From Amoebophrya sp. A120 (lineage: Eukaryota; Protista; Dinoflagellata): DNA of 43,805 nucleotides. Under the pieces are notes generated by a model. That model made no database searches. It was not told the DNA's origin and was given only the letters and a program-made list of their open reading frames with translations. The translations under genes were made by a program, and so were the position numbers. The stretch is taken from assembly GCA_905178155.1 (NCBI GenBank), contig CAJINV010000043.1:19055-62859 (forward strand). Reading direction: 5' to 3'. Shown here in pieces: positions 1 through 13,000 of this stretch. Numbering within the stretch: the stretch's first letter is position 1; every line of letters begins with the position of its first letter.

Positions 1-264
1 GCAACAATCCCCAAAGACGCACGGCACACCATCAGAGTGGCGCGGTGTGCGCACTCTCTCCGGGGCCCCGACATTTGCGGGCGAATTCCTGCCAAATTTC
101 TCGGCCAAGTCGGGCCGACCGAATCGGCAGACCGCAGCACGGGAGCAACAATCCCCAAAGACGCACGGCACACCATCAGAGTGGCGCGGTGTGCGCACTC
201 TCTCCGGGGCCCCGGCATTTGCGGGCGAATTCCTGACGAATTTCCCGGCCAAATCGGGCCGACC
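1..264. repeat. 144-bp tandem repeat (~1.8 units, cut by window start)
   Basis: GCAACAATCCCCAAAGACGCACGGCACACC... occurs at 1 and 145; the second copy diverges after ~235. Confidence 0.9.
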
Positions 265-1028
265 GTCCGAACCGGCGGACCGAGTCCCGGCTTTTCCATA
301 GATTTTGCGCAGATTCTCTTGGTGCTGGCTCGAAAAGTCGTGTCGCAAATGCGGGCCACGCTTGTCGCAGCCCTGCCTTTGGATTTCGGTGTCTGTCTGC
401 TCCGGATGGTCTTATCTCGGCGCGCCAGTTATAGATCGTGCCCAGTGCTCGTGTTGTGAATAAAAACTCCCGCTGCGCGGGTACCCGCGCGTCGGCGCTT
501 TTTGGCCATCCTTGTAGTGCTGTTTTACTGCAGAAGCCGGCGGTCCGCGTCCGCTCGGAGCTAGGCTTGTTGGCGGATAAACCTCGGCCTCGGGAAACTT
601 CTTTGTTTTGCTCACGTTAACGAACCCGCATCAAGTTGCGCTCTACGTCTTTTTTTCCTTTACCTGGACGAACAGCAGGTAGAGGACATAACCCATGCTG
701 CTACAACATCAGAGATGAGATGCCAGATTGCTACATGAGAGAGATAAAAGTTTTTTTTTCCATGTCGAGTGCCCTATCGAGAGATGAACCAGCAGTAGGT
801 GGAGAAGCAGTCTTGGTTTTTTTTTTTGTTTTTTTATCCTCCACCTAGACGAGTTTGAAACAAATGCAGTTCCTGCCAACAACCCAGGATCTTATACGTT
901 GCTTCGGTGTGGTTGTGTAGTGTTGCTTTTGCGCAACACCTGCTCCTGCTGATGCAGGTTTTATTGCGACATTGTTTGTAGCTGTGATTATCAAATTCAG
1001 TTTCGGATCTTTATTTTCAGTTGGATTC

Positions 1029-4000
1029 ATGATGAGCAACGGCGGGGCAGCCGGGGGCGATAAGCCCCCGGGCGACACCAGCGCTGAACAACCGTCGGCC
1101 GCTTCTGTTTATGGGATAGTTCTCAAACGTTACATTCTCAACTGCTGCATGATTTGTCATGCAAAATTGACATCGACATGGACATCTACACGATGAAGTG
1201 CTTTTTCGCATGACATATTTTTGATGGCCCAATCGGCATGAAAATCATTTCCGAATTTGTAATGCTAGAGGCGCAAGCTCCCCGTCCCGGCTTCCACTTT
1301 TGCTATTCTTGCATCAAAAACCCATGTTGGAGCCGTTGAGATCGTAAACTTTGAGAATCGCATACTATTGCGGGACGATCAGCTGCAAACAAAATGAAGC
1401 GGAAAATGGGCGCGAAAGAAGGAAAGAAAGCGGGGAGCAGCAAGCGTGTTGTGGAGGAAGTGGAATCTGATGGGGTAAGGGAAGAAGTGATGACTTTTTG
1501 TTTTATGCAAAAGATGGAATTTTTTGTCATGCAGATTTCCAACAGGTACGGGATTGATGTATAAGAACTCCAACTGTAATTTGTAATGCATTTTTGCAAG
1601 TGGAACTGCTCTTACTCTATTCTACAAAAAATTCAGGTTGGCGAAGATGAGTGGAGGGCGGAAGAACTGGATAAGAAACAAGAGTATGCTCTGCAAAAAT
1701 ATCGCACTTCTTCGTCGCGAAAATTTCATAACAATCTTCATGCACAAGAAATCAGCTGGATTATGTCTGTGTCATGCATACAAGAAATCATTTATGAAAG
1801 CAGATCTGTCACACGGCACGACGATTTATCCATTGACAACTTTATTGTTTTCGTATCAATTGACGGTATTTTTGCACAGAATAAAGACGTTCCGAAACCT
1901 TTGGTGACAGACTTTCATACGCTATCCTGTGCAAGAAAAGTGCCTTCTTTGGAGGTCCTCAAGCGACTACTAGCACCGCTCTGTTAGTAAGTACACAGGT
2001 CTAGTTGATTGGCTACAAAGAAATCATTCATGACACGAACTTGATGGATCCTCGAGAATGAAAGTTACATTTAGCCGTGACGAGGTACTCGTACTACTCT
2101 TAGCGTATAGCTTCCTGGGCTCCTTGTGTACTATGCAGCCGTGCTGCATTTTTAGACAAGCGCAATTGGGGACCTCCACGAGGGTCTTTTTACGCAGGAT
2201 GCATGCGGGCGCTCTACGCGCAGCGACGCTGGGTCATGACGGAATCGGGGGCGGAGAAGAAGAGTGGGATGCAGGGACTTAAAACCGAGTGCGAAAGGAT
2301 TGAAGCGGAGGAAGGAAGTAAAAACCGAACAAATGCTGCGCAGAAGGAACTGGACCTGTGCCACATGTACCTGCAAAATATCGTGGGAAAAAAGTGTTAC
2401 AGTTACACACCCTGATGCAGACAAGCAAGACAGACGACCTCTGTCATGCAGGAAATGCTTGCCAGCGTGAGCGTCATTTCATTCGTGTTTTCTCTTATAC
2501 TCTGCGCATCACAGGTTTTCTTAGGCATGTCGAGCAACTTTGTGATGCAGAAACTCCAACAAGCGTGTAACTGTAACACTTTTTTCCTGTGATACAAAAA
2601 CATCAGAGGTTGCTGCCCGACGACACGGATGAAACCAACGCGGACGGAGACCACGGGAAAAGCGTCGACCAGCACGACAGAGCCGTCGGCGACGCAGCTG
2701 GTGCTCCTTCCCTCGGTGCGGAAAAGAACGAAAGCAAGGACTATTCCGCGGCGCATTTTCCGCAGGAGGCTGCAGCAAGAACGTCTTCAGCTGGTACTAG
2801 CCAAGTAAAAACAACAAACGACCAGCCGCTTGGGTCAACATCATCGGCCAGTGCTACAACTGGGACGTTTAACAAGCGAAATCTACTGACGACTTCCGCT
2901 TGTTCGCCAAGTTTCAGTTTGTTTTCACCACCGCTGCATTCAGAACGAGTACGAGAGCCAAGCTCGTTTTCCCCGTCGAGGCGCGTCGTGCCACAGCCGA
3001 GATCCTCGTCCTCGGCTTCAAGCGGAACTACGGTATCAACTGCAAGTATGTCTGGGTCTGGATGAATGTATAGATTTCACATGCATATTTCCATTGACCC
3101 ATGAAATGATGCCTGTAATGCATGACCTATGCATGACCTAGCGTCACAGATTTTTACAGGGCTTATTGATGCACCTTCCGCATGAGAAATAATTCTTTGT
3201 CCTTTTAGCACAAACAGTACACCTCCTGCTTGTCATGCAATACAAATTTTTTTGGAGTTCAAAAACAGCATGACAAGTCGCAATCCTCCAGACCAAGACA
3301 CTTTTGCGGTTGATATACGGGTTTAGTCGGCAACTTTACCACGCCTGCTCCCAGCTCCAGCGCGATCGCAAATACCAGGATGTTAAAGCAGTCGATCGAA
3401 CAAACAAGTACAAACCCGACGGTGGACAAGCAAGGCGGAGAGAAAAAGACCGCAAATGTTGAGTCGTCCGATAGTCTTCTTATCAACAACAAAAGTGCTG
3501 TTGCTCTCGGCGGGAAGAAGAAGCTTCCCACCACCACGACCGGTAGAACTAGTACCATTTCCACGACACAGAACCTTGATCCAGCTCCGGATGTTGCAGC
3601 TGGAGAAACTATGTCGACGCTCAGGTGGATACGACACTTCTCGCCCTTGCAACAACCAGGACGAACTACACCCGGCGATGGTAAAAACAGCAGTACCACT
3701 GTGAATGTGGTCGGAGCTGCTGCCGCGGCAACGACGAGCAAACCAGGTGGTCAGCAGCACGGTGCGCCATCTTCTTCTTCCACGAAGAACGCTGCAGTGG
3801 CCAAAAATAGTACAGGTGGCGCCACTAGCAGTGGCGTCCAGGTGAACAAACAATCTCGCGAAACAAGACTCCGTGAAGCCATGAAGAAGTACCGCAATGC
3901 TTTGGAGAAGAAGAAATATCAAAATGCAAAACTCCCCCTGCTCCCCGTACTAAAACGGAGATTTTTATAGCATGATTTGTGAACACAAATCAGGTTGTCA

Positions 4001-7000
4001 TGCCAGAAGACGAAAAATAAACGCGGACTGTAATTCTGGCTGGCGTTGGAATAAACCTTTGCATCTTCAGCATGGCAGAAGACAACTGAAAATTGGAAAC
4101 CGCATGACAAATTTCCTGCTTTTCGGGCCGCAACTGCTTCTCTTGGCCCTCGAGCAATACAAGTCGATTTGTGAACGCAAATCCAGCATCACGAATGTCC
4201 TTTTCAGTATGGGGAGGGAGGACTTTTCCTCGCCATAACACCACGGAGCATGAAGATGATCGTGAAGGCCGCAAAGTAGAAGCACCCGCCCCTGCACAAG
4301 ACGATGACGAAGCTAAGAACGCCGTAGCGCAGCAGGCGAAGATGAAGAACAAGGGCATGAAAAAAGCGCCGATGAAGAAAGCCACTGCAGCTGCTCCCGC
4401 GAAACCGAAGTACGACCCGGAGCTGCTGGAACTATTCGAGATACTAAAGTGCAACTATTTAATATTTGGGTCAGGAAGCGTGGAACGTGTCTTGCGTGGA
4501 GTGGATTCTTGTGAAATCTGTGTTGCATGGGTATGACCAACAAAAACGAGCGATCCTTTGTCAGGCAAAAATATGCAGCTTTTTATGCGCACTTGGCATG
4601 AGGCATCGCCTCCCAGCATTGCAAACTTCCCAGACCCAGACCTGTTTGCAATGCATACGAAGAGAATCAGGAGAATTCGATGACCAACGCGGACAAAGAC
4701 GAACTACAGAACATTTTCAACCTGCTTATCCCACTGAAGAAAGCTAGCACATAATTGCATTTGAAGTGCGTAGAATGAACAATCCACAGAGAGGTCCTCC
4801 GTCGTGGTTTCTTGTGGGCTCGTCCGTGGCATGCTAGTCAAGATGTTAGTGCGTAATACGAATTTTTTTGTGTCGGTATTTTTGTCGCATGTTGATGCAG
4901 AGATGAGATTTAGTGTGCTAGGTTTTTCATCCTGGCGGATAGTGCTCAAAACTTACAGAACAATACTCGGTGATATGACGTCCTCAAACGTTACTACACT
5001 CTCAACTGTTACATGAATTTGTAATGCAAGAAGGGCCGCAAAAGAGAAAGAACTGGAAGAAGGAAGATTGCGCCTTTTATTGCATATGCACATTTTTGAC
5101 GGATTCTAGTGCCATGTAGCCGCGTCGAGAAGTTGTCATGCGAAAAAGCCGCGGTCGTGTGCAGAGCCAGAGTACTAGTCTTTTTGCATGACAAGAAACC
5201 ATGTAACAGTTGAAAACGTAAAGTTTGAGAGCTCCATAGAGGAGACGAAGAATGAGGATCTGCACCAGTGGAAAGACATGAAAGAATTTGAAGATGATTT
5301 TGCGTCGGAGGTAATATATGTTCTTGAAGCAGAGCAGATACAGTTGTGTGGTTTTACTTTGTTGTCACTTTGTCCTCAACCTACTTTACACAAAAGCTTT
5401 GTAGTTGTACCGAATGCAGAAAGATCCAGAAATGGATGACGATTTCACCCCCTTGCAAAAGAAAAATTCAAAACTCCACCAGGTCGAAAAGCTTAAGGAG
5501 CTGCTGGATAAGCAATACCCCACTGAGTTGAAGATAGTTTGTCGTACCTGCGATTGCGATTTTTGACAAAACAATTCATACGAAATTGTAACATCTGGCT
5601 GCTAGTGTGCAACATTGGCAAAAGAAGGTGAAAGAGGCAACTGTGTAAGGCCTTAACCCAGCAACGTTTGCATGGCAAAAGAATGGAATACCGAAACAAC
5701 AATTTTTCCGCTTTGATTCAGATAGTGCAAAAATTGAGATCGCAGTTGAGACAACAAAAAGTTACGTTGCATAGCAGTAAGCTCCGCAAAATCACGAAGG
5801 CGTTCAATCAAGAGTTACCAAATGCAAGTATGTCTGGGTCTGAATCTCTCCTGCGCAAGATTCAGGTACAACAAGATCTGGCATGATGCATGAATACAAG
5901 TCACAAGCTTTTTTGTCTTGCTGGAAGCCGGGTTATCGGGCGGTAAATACGAATGAATGTGTAGCAATTATTTCGATTATCCTCGCGAAACTTATAATTC
6001 TCTCATGTCGTACACGAGGAGGCCGTCCTGCAATGCAGATACCAGCAACACAAATTCCGAGACCCAGACATATTCGTATATGCATAAACGTTCAAAGACT
6101 GCAGAAGCGCTCTAGCCGAGATGATAAAAATATCAAATACGAAACATGTAGTTGTTTGGGTGGGACTGGAAATAAAGTGAATAAGATTTATCATGCTCAG
6201 CGGGACTACCGGAATCAAATCTGTCATGCACGTTAGAGCAGCGTGTCAAGAAGTTCTTGAGACGTCAACTCGAGCGCCCTCCGGACTTTTCATCGCCAGC
6301 CAGCATTACAAATTTCCAGATGAACGCCCGAACACACATTTGGATTCAATAGATGATTCGCGACTATCTGATACGGACAGATGTCTGGAACGCGAAGCAA
6401 GCGGAACGCGCAGCAAGCGCGAGCGGTGAGAACGACGAAAACCGCAAAATAAGAAGTGAGGTATTGTTTACAATGTATAGTTAGAAGATTCATTGTGGTT
6501 TTTACGTACAACTACACCCACAGACGAAAGCAAATCATTCAGTCACACCGTGCATGACAAACTAGCTTTATCGTTGTACTTCTCGCCTTGATTTGTGCTT
6601 GAACGGAATTTCTTCTACTCTGCATGAGAAAAAGATAATACTCAAAAGAAAACAAAGCTATCAAAAACAAACCTTTGACATTCCAGGCCAACAGCCGAAA
6701 GCCTTCCTCGCCCGACGGTGTTGCCAAGAAAAATACCAAATCGGCTAAAAACTTGTCGAAGAGCGTCGCTCCGGCGGTGGTGCACAGGCGGAAAGATGAC
6801 AAACTACCGGCGCAAGAGCCAGTAACATCTGCAGCCTCCTCTTTTTCGGGTTCTTCTCGCGTTGTAGTTGGCCCGGCTGTGAGTAGTCTGCTCCTCCCGG
6901 CTTCTTCTAGCGGGGCACCTTCAGCGTCCTCTCGGAAAGTGCCGGCTGCTGTTGTGGAAGAGCAAGAGAGCGAGGAAGATGATGACGTAGTGGGCGAGAA

Positions 7001-10000
7001 GATCATCGCAGGTGGAAACGAAAATCACAGAGAGGAAGCTCGTTCGCATAAGAATAGCTCCTGTGCTGACAACGGACAACATGCCAAAGAATTAATCGGC
7101 GAAGAAACGAGTAGCGGTAACGTAGAGCAGGACGAGAACGCAATCAGCACGGCACAGGAGGACCACGACGCCAGTAATCAACATCTGCCCGAAGGAGCAG
7201 GAGCACCCGCGCCGGAGGGACCGTCGCGACGACCAAATAAGGTGCCGCAAATATATGCGGTTCAGACGAGGGACGGAAGATTAGTCCCAACAGACGAAGA
7301 AAGCCACAGGATCGTATGCAGGGAAACAAATGTGTTCAAATCTAGTTCTAGAAGGAATTTGTGTTGTTGGTTTGCTTGCATTGCAGCATGAAAAAGCAAT
7401 CAAAGATTGCATGACGAATTCCCATCTGCTCGACGCACGATGACAAAAACTCTGCACCAACGCGTAAGATCTGCAGCACAGATGTTCTTGCTGTCCCTCA
7501 GATCTACTCACACCACACAAAAAATCTGGATAGTTTTGAACGTTTTTGCCATCCATACCAGGCAGGAAAAATCGTAAGAAGTTGCAAGGGGTACACGGAT
7601 CATATCATGTGCAAAAGTATCGTACTCGTACTAATCGCAGTCGTGCATGACAAAATGCTTTCCATACCTGAATCAGCATGACAGATTCCATTTTTCAGCC
7701 GGCTGCGGTCGTTTGATTTCTACCAGAAGTGCGAGGATACTCTTGCACTGCATAAAGTACGAGGGCGTCGACGAGGAAGGAGAGGGTCTCTTCGACGAGC
7801 CAGAGCAGAGTCATCAGCAAGACAAACAACTTCGCAGCACTAGCACCCCGATGAAGCGCAAGCACCTCGGGAACGATGAGCCTGAGCTCGACGATGAAAG
7901 CGACAAAGCTGCGAAGACTCCATATGTTGGCAATTGTGAAGCACGAGAACAACACCAGAGCCCGAAGGTTGATGGAGCAGCCGGATCTTCCACCAGTGTG
8001 GTTCCGCGCGAGGAGGAGCGGCTGCTGATGACCCCCAAGTCGGACAAGAAGAAGCGGAGGAGATCTCTGTTCGAGATTGCGGGTGACCGCCACCAACAAG
8101 AACAGCATCTGGATGATGAACTACCACATGGCGCCGACGTCGCTCACAGCAGTGCCAGCTCTTCCGAAGAGGACAGCGAGTTGCAAGAGGCACTACTGAA
8201 CGACGCCCAGGAACAAGTAGACCGTCGTGGTGCATCAGCGATAGGAACTTTCTTGGACGAGGATGGAGGAATCGACGCTGAGAAAAATAACCAGGATGCT
8301 TCCTTTCTGGCCCAGTATGCATTGCGAAATCATGTGGATTTTCTCGTAGTCGTACTGGTTGCAAGGATGCAAGACCAATGATTTCTCCTTCCGTATTAAA
8401 ACTCTAAAACTACCCCGTATTGTAGTTTGATAGCAATTTCTATGTACAACTGCGAAGATCATAACTATGCTTTTGCAATGCATACGCAGCATCAACTACA
8501 AGCGAGTGTGAATCAGGACGTCGAAATGGAGGACGTAGAAATGGAGGACGTGGAGGGCTTATGCAATGCAAAAGCATCGTACGAGTTGTATAATTTGCAT
8601 TACAAATTCCCTAAGCATTAGAAATTGAATTTGTGATGCTGATTCACCTTGAGAAAGAGATTTGTAATGCCGAAATGCAATTACTACGAGTGCGATACTT
8701 TTGCACAGGATAAGGCTACGAGGATGAAAACGCTGACGAACAAAGAGACGCACACGACCCCGAGGGCGGAAGGTCCGTCGAACAAGAAGTGTCCTCCCGG
8801 GATGTTGCCGACGAGGAAGAGGCAGGGCAAGAAAATGAGGAAGAATTGTCCCGGCCCGGTGTCGAGGAGCAGGTGGCACAAGATGAAAACGAAGAGCACA
8901 GCGGCTTGGCTCCGGAGAATATCACACCCTTCGGTGGTCGAAGTCAACCCGTGCATCAAACTGGGAGCGATCGGGAACAAACGCCGGCAGGGCAGCAAAC
9001 CGTGTCATTTGCAGATCCGAAATTCTTCCCCTCACCACAACCAGGACGTTTATGAACCGCAAATATGTCTGGCCCTGGAAGATTCTAAACTTGTGATGCT
9101 GTCTCTGAAATCAGAAGAAATTTGTATTGTGTGGCCAGCAATAGAACTCCAGTTTGCCTTTGCGCTACGCGGAGAGAGCATTTCTCATGCGAAATAGGCA
9201 TTGGGAAGCCCTGCGAAAGTCTGTGATGCTAGTGCATGCATTACAGACCTCATGGGTCATCCAGAATATGCATGACAAATCTGGCAATCTTCCAGACCGA
9301 GATACTTTTGCAGTTCATAATGCTCGTTGCTAGCCGAAATCATGATCAGTCGCACCCCCGTATCCTTTGCAAAAGTATCGTGCTCGTACCAATTGCGTTT
9401 ATGCATGACAAATCTTTTTGATTTCTGCATTACAGATTTGATTTGTAATGCTAAGGTAATTTGCAATGCAGTTTACACTAGTGCGATGCTTTTGCAGTTC
9501 ATACCCCGCGTCACCGAAAAGACGACAGGAGGGAAGTTCCAGTGGGAGTAGCGAGGAGCAGGCGAAAAGGATGAGGAAGAACGGGGAAGGTGCCAGAAAC
9601 TACACTTACACGGCCAGTGAGGTAAGGAACTTTCCTCCCAACTGGGCGTATCAAGTGCCACGATGTCTGGGTCTTGAAGAATAGATGTTTGTCATGCTTG
9701 TTTGGCATGACTGGTAAATCTGTCATGCACGTTATCCAAGAGCAGCCCCACTTATCTGTCATGCAGAAACGCAGTTTGTCATGCAGCAGAAGCAACGCCT
9801 AGAAGCTCGGAAACTTGTCATGCTGAGCCAGCACTTGCGGCCTCCTCATGACACGCCACTTAGCATCACAAGTTTCCAGAGCCAGACCCAGATGTATTTG
9901 CAGCGCATAGGGCGGTGCCAGTTGGGGCGGTGCCAGTTGAAGGAACAGTGAACACGCCAAACTTCGGGGGCGGTGCCAGTACTTCTTCTAGCAACAGCGG

Positions 10001-13000
10001 AAATTTCGCATTTGCCCCACAGCAAAACGAAGACAATGACAACGTTCGCGGTGGTGCCGGTGCTCCTTCTAGTAACAGCGGAAATCTCGCCCCGCAGCAG
10101 CAAATGCAAGACGAAGGCAATGAAGACAACTTTCGTGGCGGTGCAAATGCTTTCAGCAGCAGAGGAAATAATTTCGTGCCCGAGCGAGGCGAAGAGAATG
10201 AAGAGCAGCAAGCCCAGGATGAGCAACATTTGTCCACAGGTTCAGCGTCCTCCTCTCCAAGACAATACCAACCAGACGGTGATAAGACCGACGAATTGCC
10301 GAGGGTGAGCTGTACTACTCCCAAGCGCCGTAGTACATCCTCCCGCCCAAACTCGAAGCAGCGTGGAGTTTCCGGTACCTACGAAATGCAGGGACCGTCT
10401 CCGGCGGGAGAAGAGCGGACGGAGAGTATCGTAAGGAAAAATGATCCCCCCTCCCCGTATCAAAACGAAGTTTCTGATGCTGGATTTCCGTACACAAATC
10501 AGATTTGTCTTGCAGTACTAGGGGACTGCAGGCATATGCCAAGCCTGAGCCGAGAGGCTTTGCCGTAGGCGAGCAGCATGGCAACTGTCTATTGCTGCAA
10601 GCTCAACAGCATCTTCACAAACCGCCTGCATAATGCGGCGGAGTCTCTGGCTTTGCCTTCTTGCAAGACAGACAGGACTTGTGGCCCGCAAATCTGCATC
10701 GCAAATTTTCAAACCGATGCACTTTCCACATGGGGAGGGGGGATTTTCCCTTACGATAGAGAGATACCGGGAGAAAATGAGCTTGACTCATCGTAGTGAG
10801 CAGTCGAGAAAGCTCGAAAAGGAACGGCTACAATATAAACTGCTGAGGTGTTACAATCTCAAACGCCACAATAGAATGCGGAAATCTGTGATGCAAGAAG
10901 TGCATGATCTAACATACTCCCACAGGACTGCGCATGACAAGTTTCACAGCACCAAACCGCACTAGAATCTGGCGAAATTTGTATTGCAGAAAGTGGAATG
11001 CTGTCCGAGTCTGTCATGCTCGTCATGCAGTAAGTACATGTACAAAATCCAGACTCTATTGTAACGTTTCAGATTGTAACGCTTGAGCAGGTCATATAGA
11101 AAAGCAGAAGTTGCGGCGCGAACGGAAAGAAGCAAATTCATCCTCGTCGCGGGCGAGCTCGAACGACTCCAGTTTTGTTCAAGACGGGCGAGGACCGCCA
11201 GCACAGCATCTTGAACTACCTGGTCGCAGGAGTACCAGCGTCGCGGCGTCTTGTATGCACAATAAAAAGACCCAACATCTCTATCCATTTTATGCATGAC
11301 AAACACAGGCCCTGACGCATGTTTTGCATGACAAAGTGGATGCTGGGTTTGGCCCTTTTTTTGTGGATAACTTCCTCCTCTCCGGAACAAGAACCGGGCC
11401 GTGCGTCCGATGCCGTCGTGCCAGAAACGCATATCAAATGCAAATATGTCTGGGTCCTCTGGGAGATAATTGCGAGATTTGTCATGCTAGTCTGGCATGT
11501 TGACTCTGAACTCTGCATTCCGTGGCCGCGAAGAGCAGCTCCTCTTGCCTGTCATGCAAAATCGCAGTTTCTCATGCGGAGTACGCAACTCAGAACCACG
11601 GCAAAACTTGTCATGCCGGGCAGCGTATAATTACAGGCTTTCCCTATTCCCTCTCTTGCGCCACAAGTTGCCAGACCCAGACATTTTTGCAGATGATAAG
11701 GCAGCAACCAGTGCAACAAACAGCAACCCTGGGAGTAGGAGCAACAAATGGCGCCTATGGCGCTCTCAGCTGTTGCATTCTCAACTGTTACATGAATTTG
11801 TGATGCAACAATGGCGAAAGCGACAGGGGGGAGCTTGCGTGTCGTGCATGACAGATTTGGTACAGATTTAGACGCTGTCTAGCAATTCGATAATTTGTCA
11901 TGCAAAGCAGCTTGGTCGCCTGGTGGCTTATGGCCATTTTGCATGACAAATCATGTAACAGCTGAGAATGTAACGTTTGAGAACGCCATAGCGCCAGGTG
12001 GCTCCCCGGGTTCGAACTACCATGGGTCGTGCAACAATTACAAGGACTCGCGGCAGCGGCAGCGTCATCTTCTTCTTCTTCGCAGCAGCAGCACCAACCC
12101 GCTATCCTGTGCTGAAGTATCGTACTCGTATTGCAGTCATGCATTACAAATTTGCCTTCAAATAAGGTAAATCCGCATTACAACTTCTCTTTCTCATGCT
12201 GAGGAAATTTGTAATGCACTTATACGAGTACGATACTTTTGCAGTTCATACCCGTAGTAGTACAGCCCAATAATGCATCTTCTTCTACGACACCAGGACC
12301 AGGCGTCATCAGGAATAATACAACGCCTGTGGTGAAAAAAGAACCCCCAAAAGCTCCCCGCCCTAGCCTTCAACCGGTGTATGACTCTTGGCACAAGAAC
12401 CACGAATGGCGTGAGAAAATATGCACTTGCGAAAGCATCGTAGTACCAGTAGTGGTGTACTATTTCATCACGTAGTTGTACATAAAATTTGCTCAGCATG
12501 ACAAGTGGAACTTGTACTGTTGGTTGTAGCTTTGCCTTTGGAAAAAGACTTGTGTTTATGTTGCCTATTATCCTGAGTAAAAACGTACCCACACCAGAGT
12601 TGTCATGCAGATTTACCATGACAGGAACATTTGTGATGCGCAACCCCGTGACAGGCATTTTCAATCGTGTTTGGGAACTTAAATGCTGTAAAGAGGATCA
12701 GCAGATCGATTTGTGATGCGGCTTCCCTTGCTAACTTGCACTACCTTACGGACTGAAACTTGTCATGCGTGACTCCCAAAGCTCCTAGGTTTGTGTTGCA
12801 AAATTGTGTAAATGAAAACTGGTTTTAAACGCTGTTTCTCATAGATCAAAATAGAAAAAATGAAGAGGATGATAAGAAAAAGCCACGAAAGCGATCAAGC
12901 GAGAAAAAGGGCCACAATACAAGGAAAAGCAAGCAAATTCTTGCCACGATCGGAAGAAAAAGGAAAGGGAAAAGAGAAGAAGAGAAAAGCAAAGAAATTA

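Noticed and set aside
6131-6351. Additional introner (also candidates at 7315-7557, 21453-21558, 26021-26149, ~35539-35640)
   Set aside because: Probably old copies, but TIR and DR are too decayed to fix boundaries; at 6131 the frame fits without removing a DR
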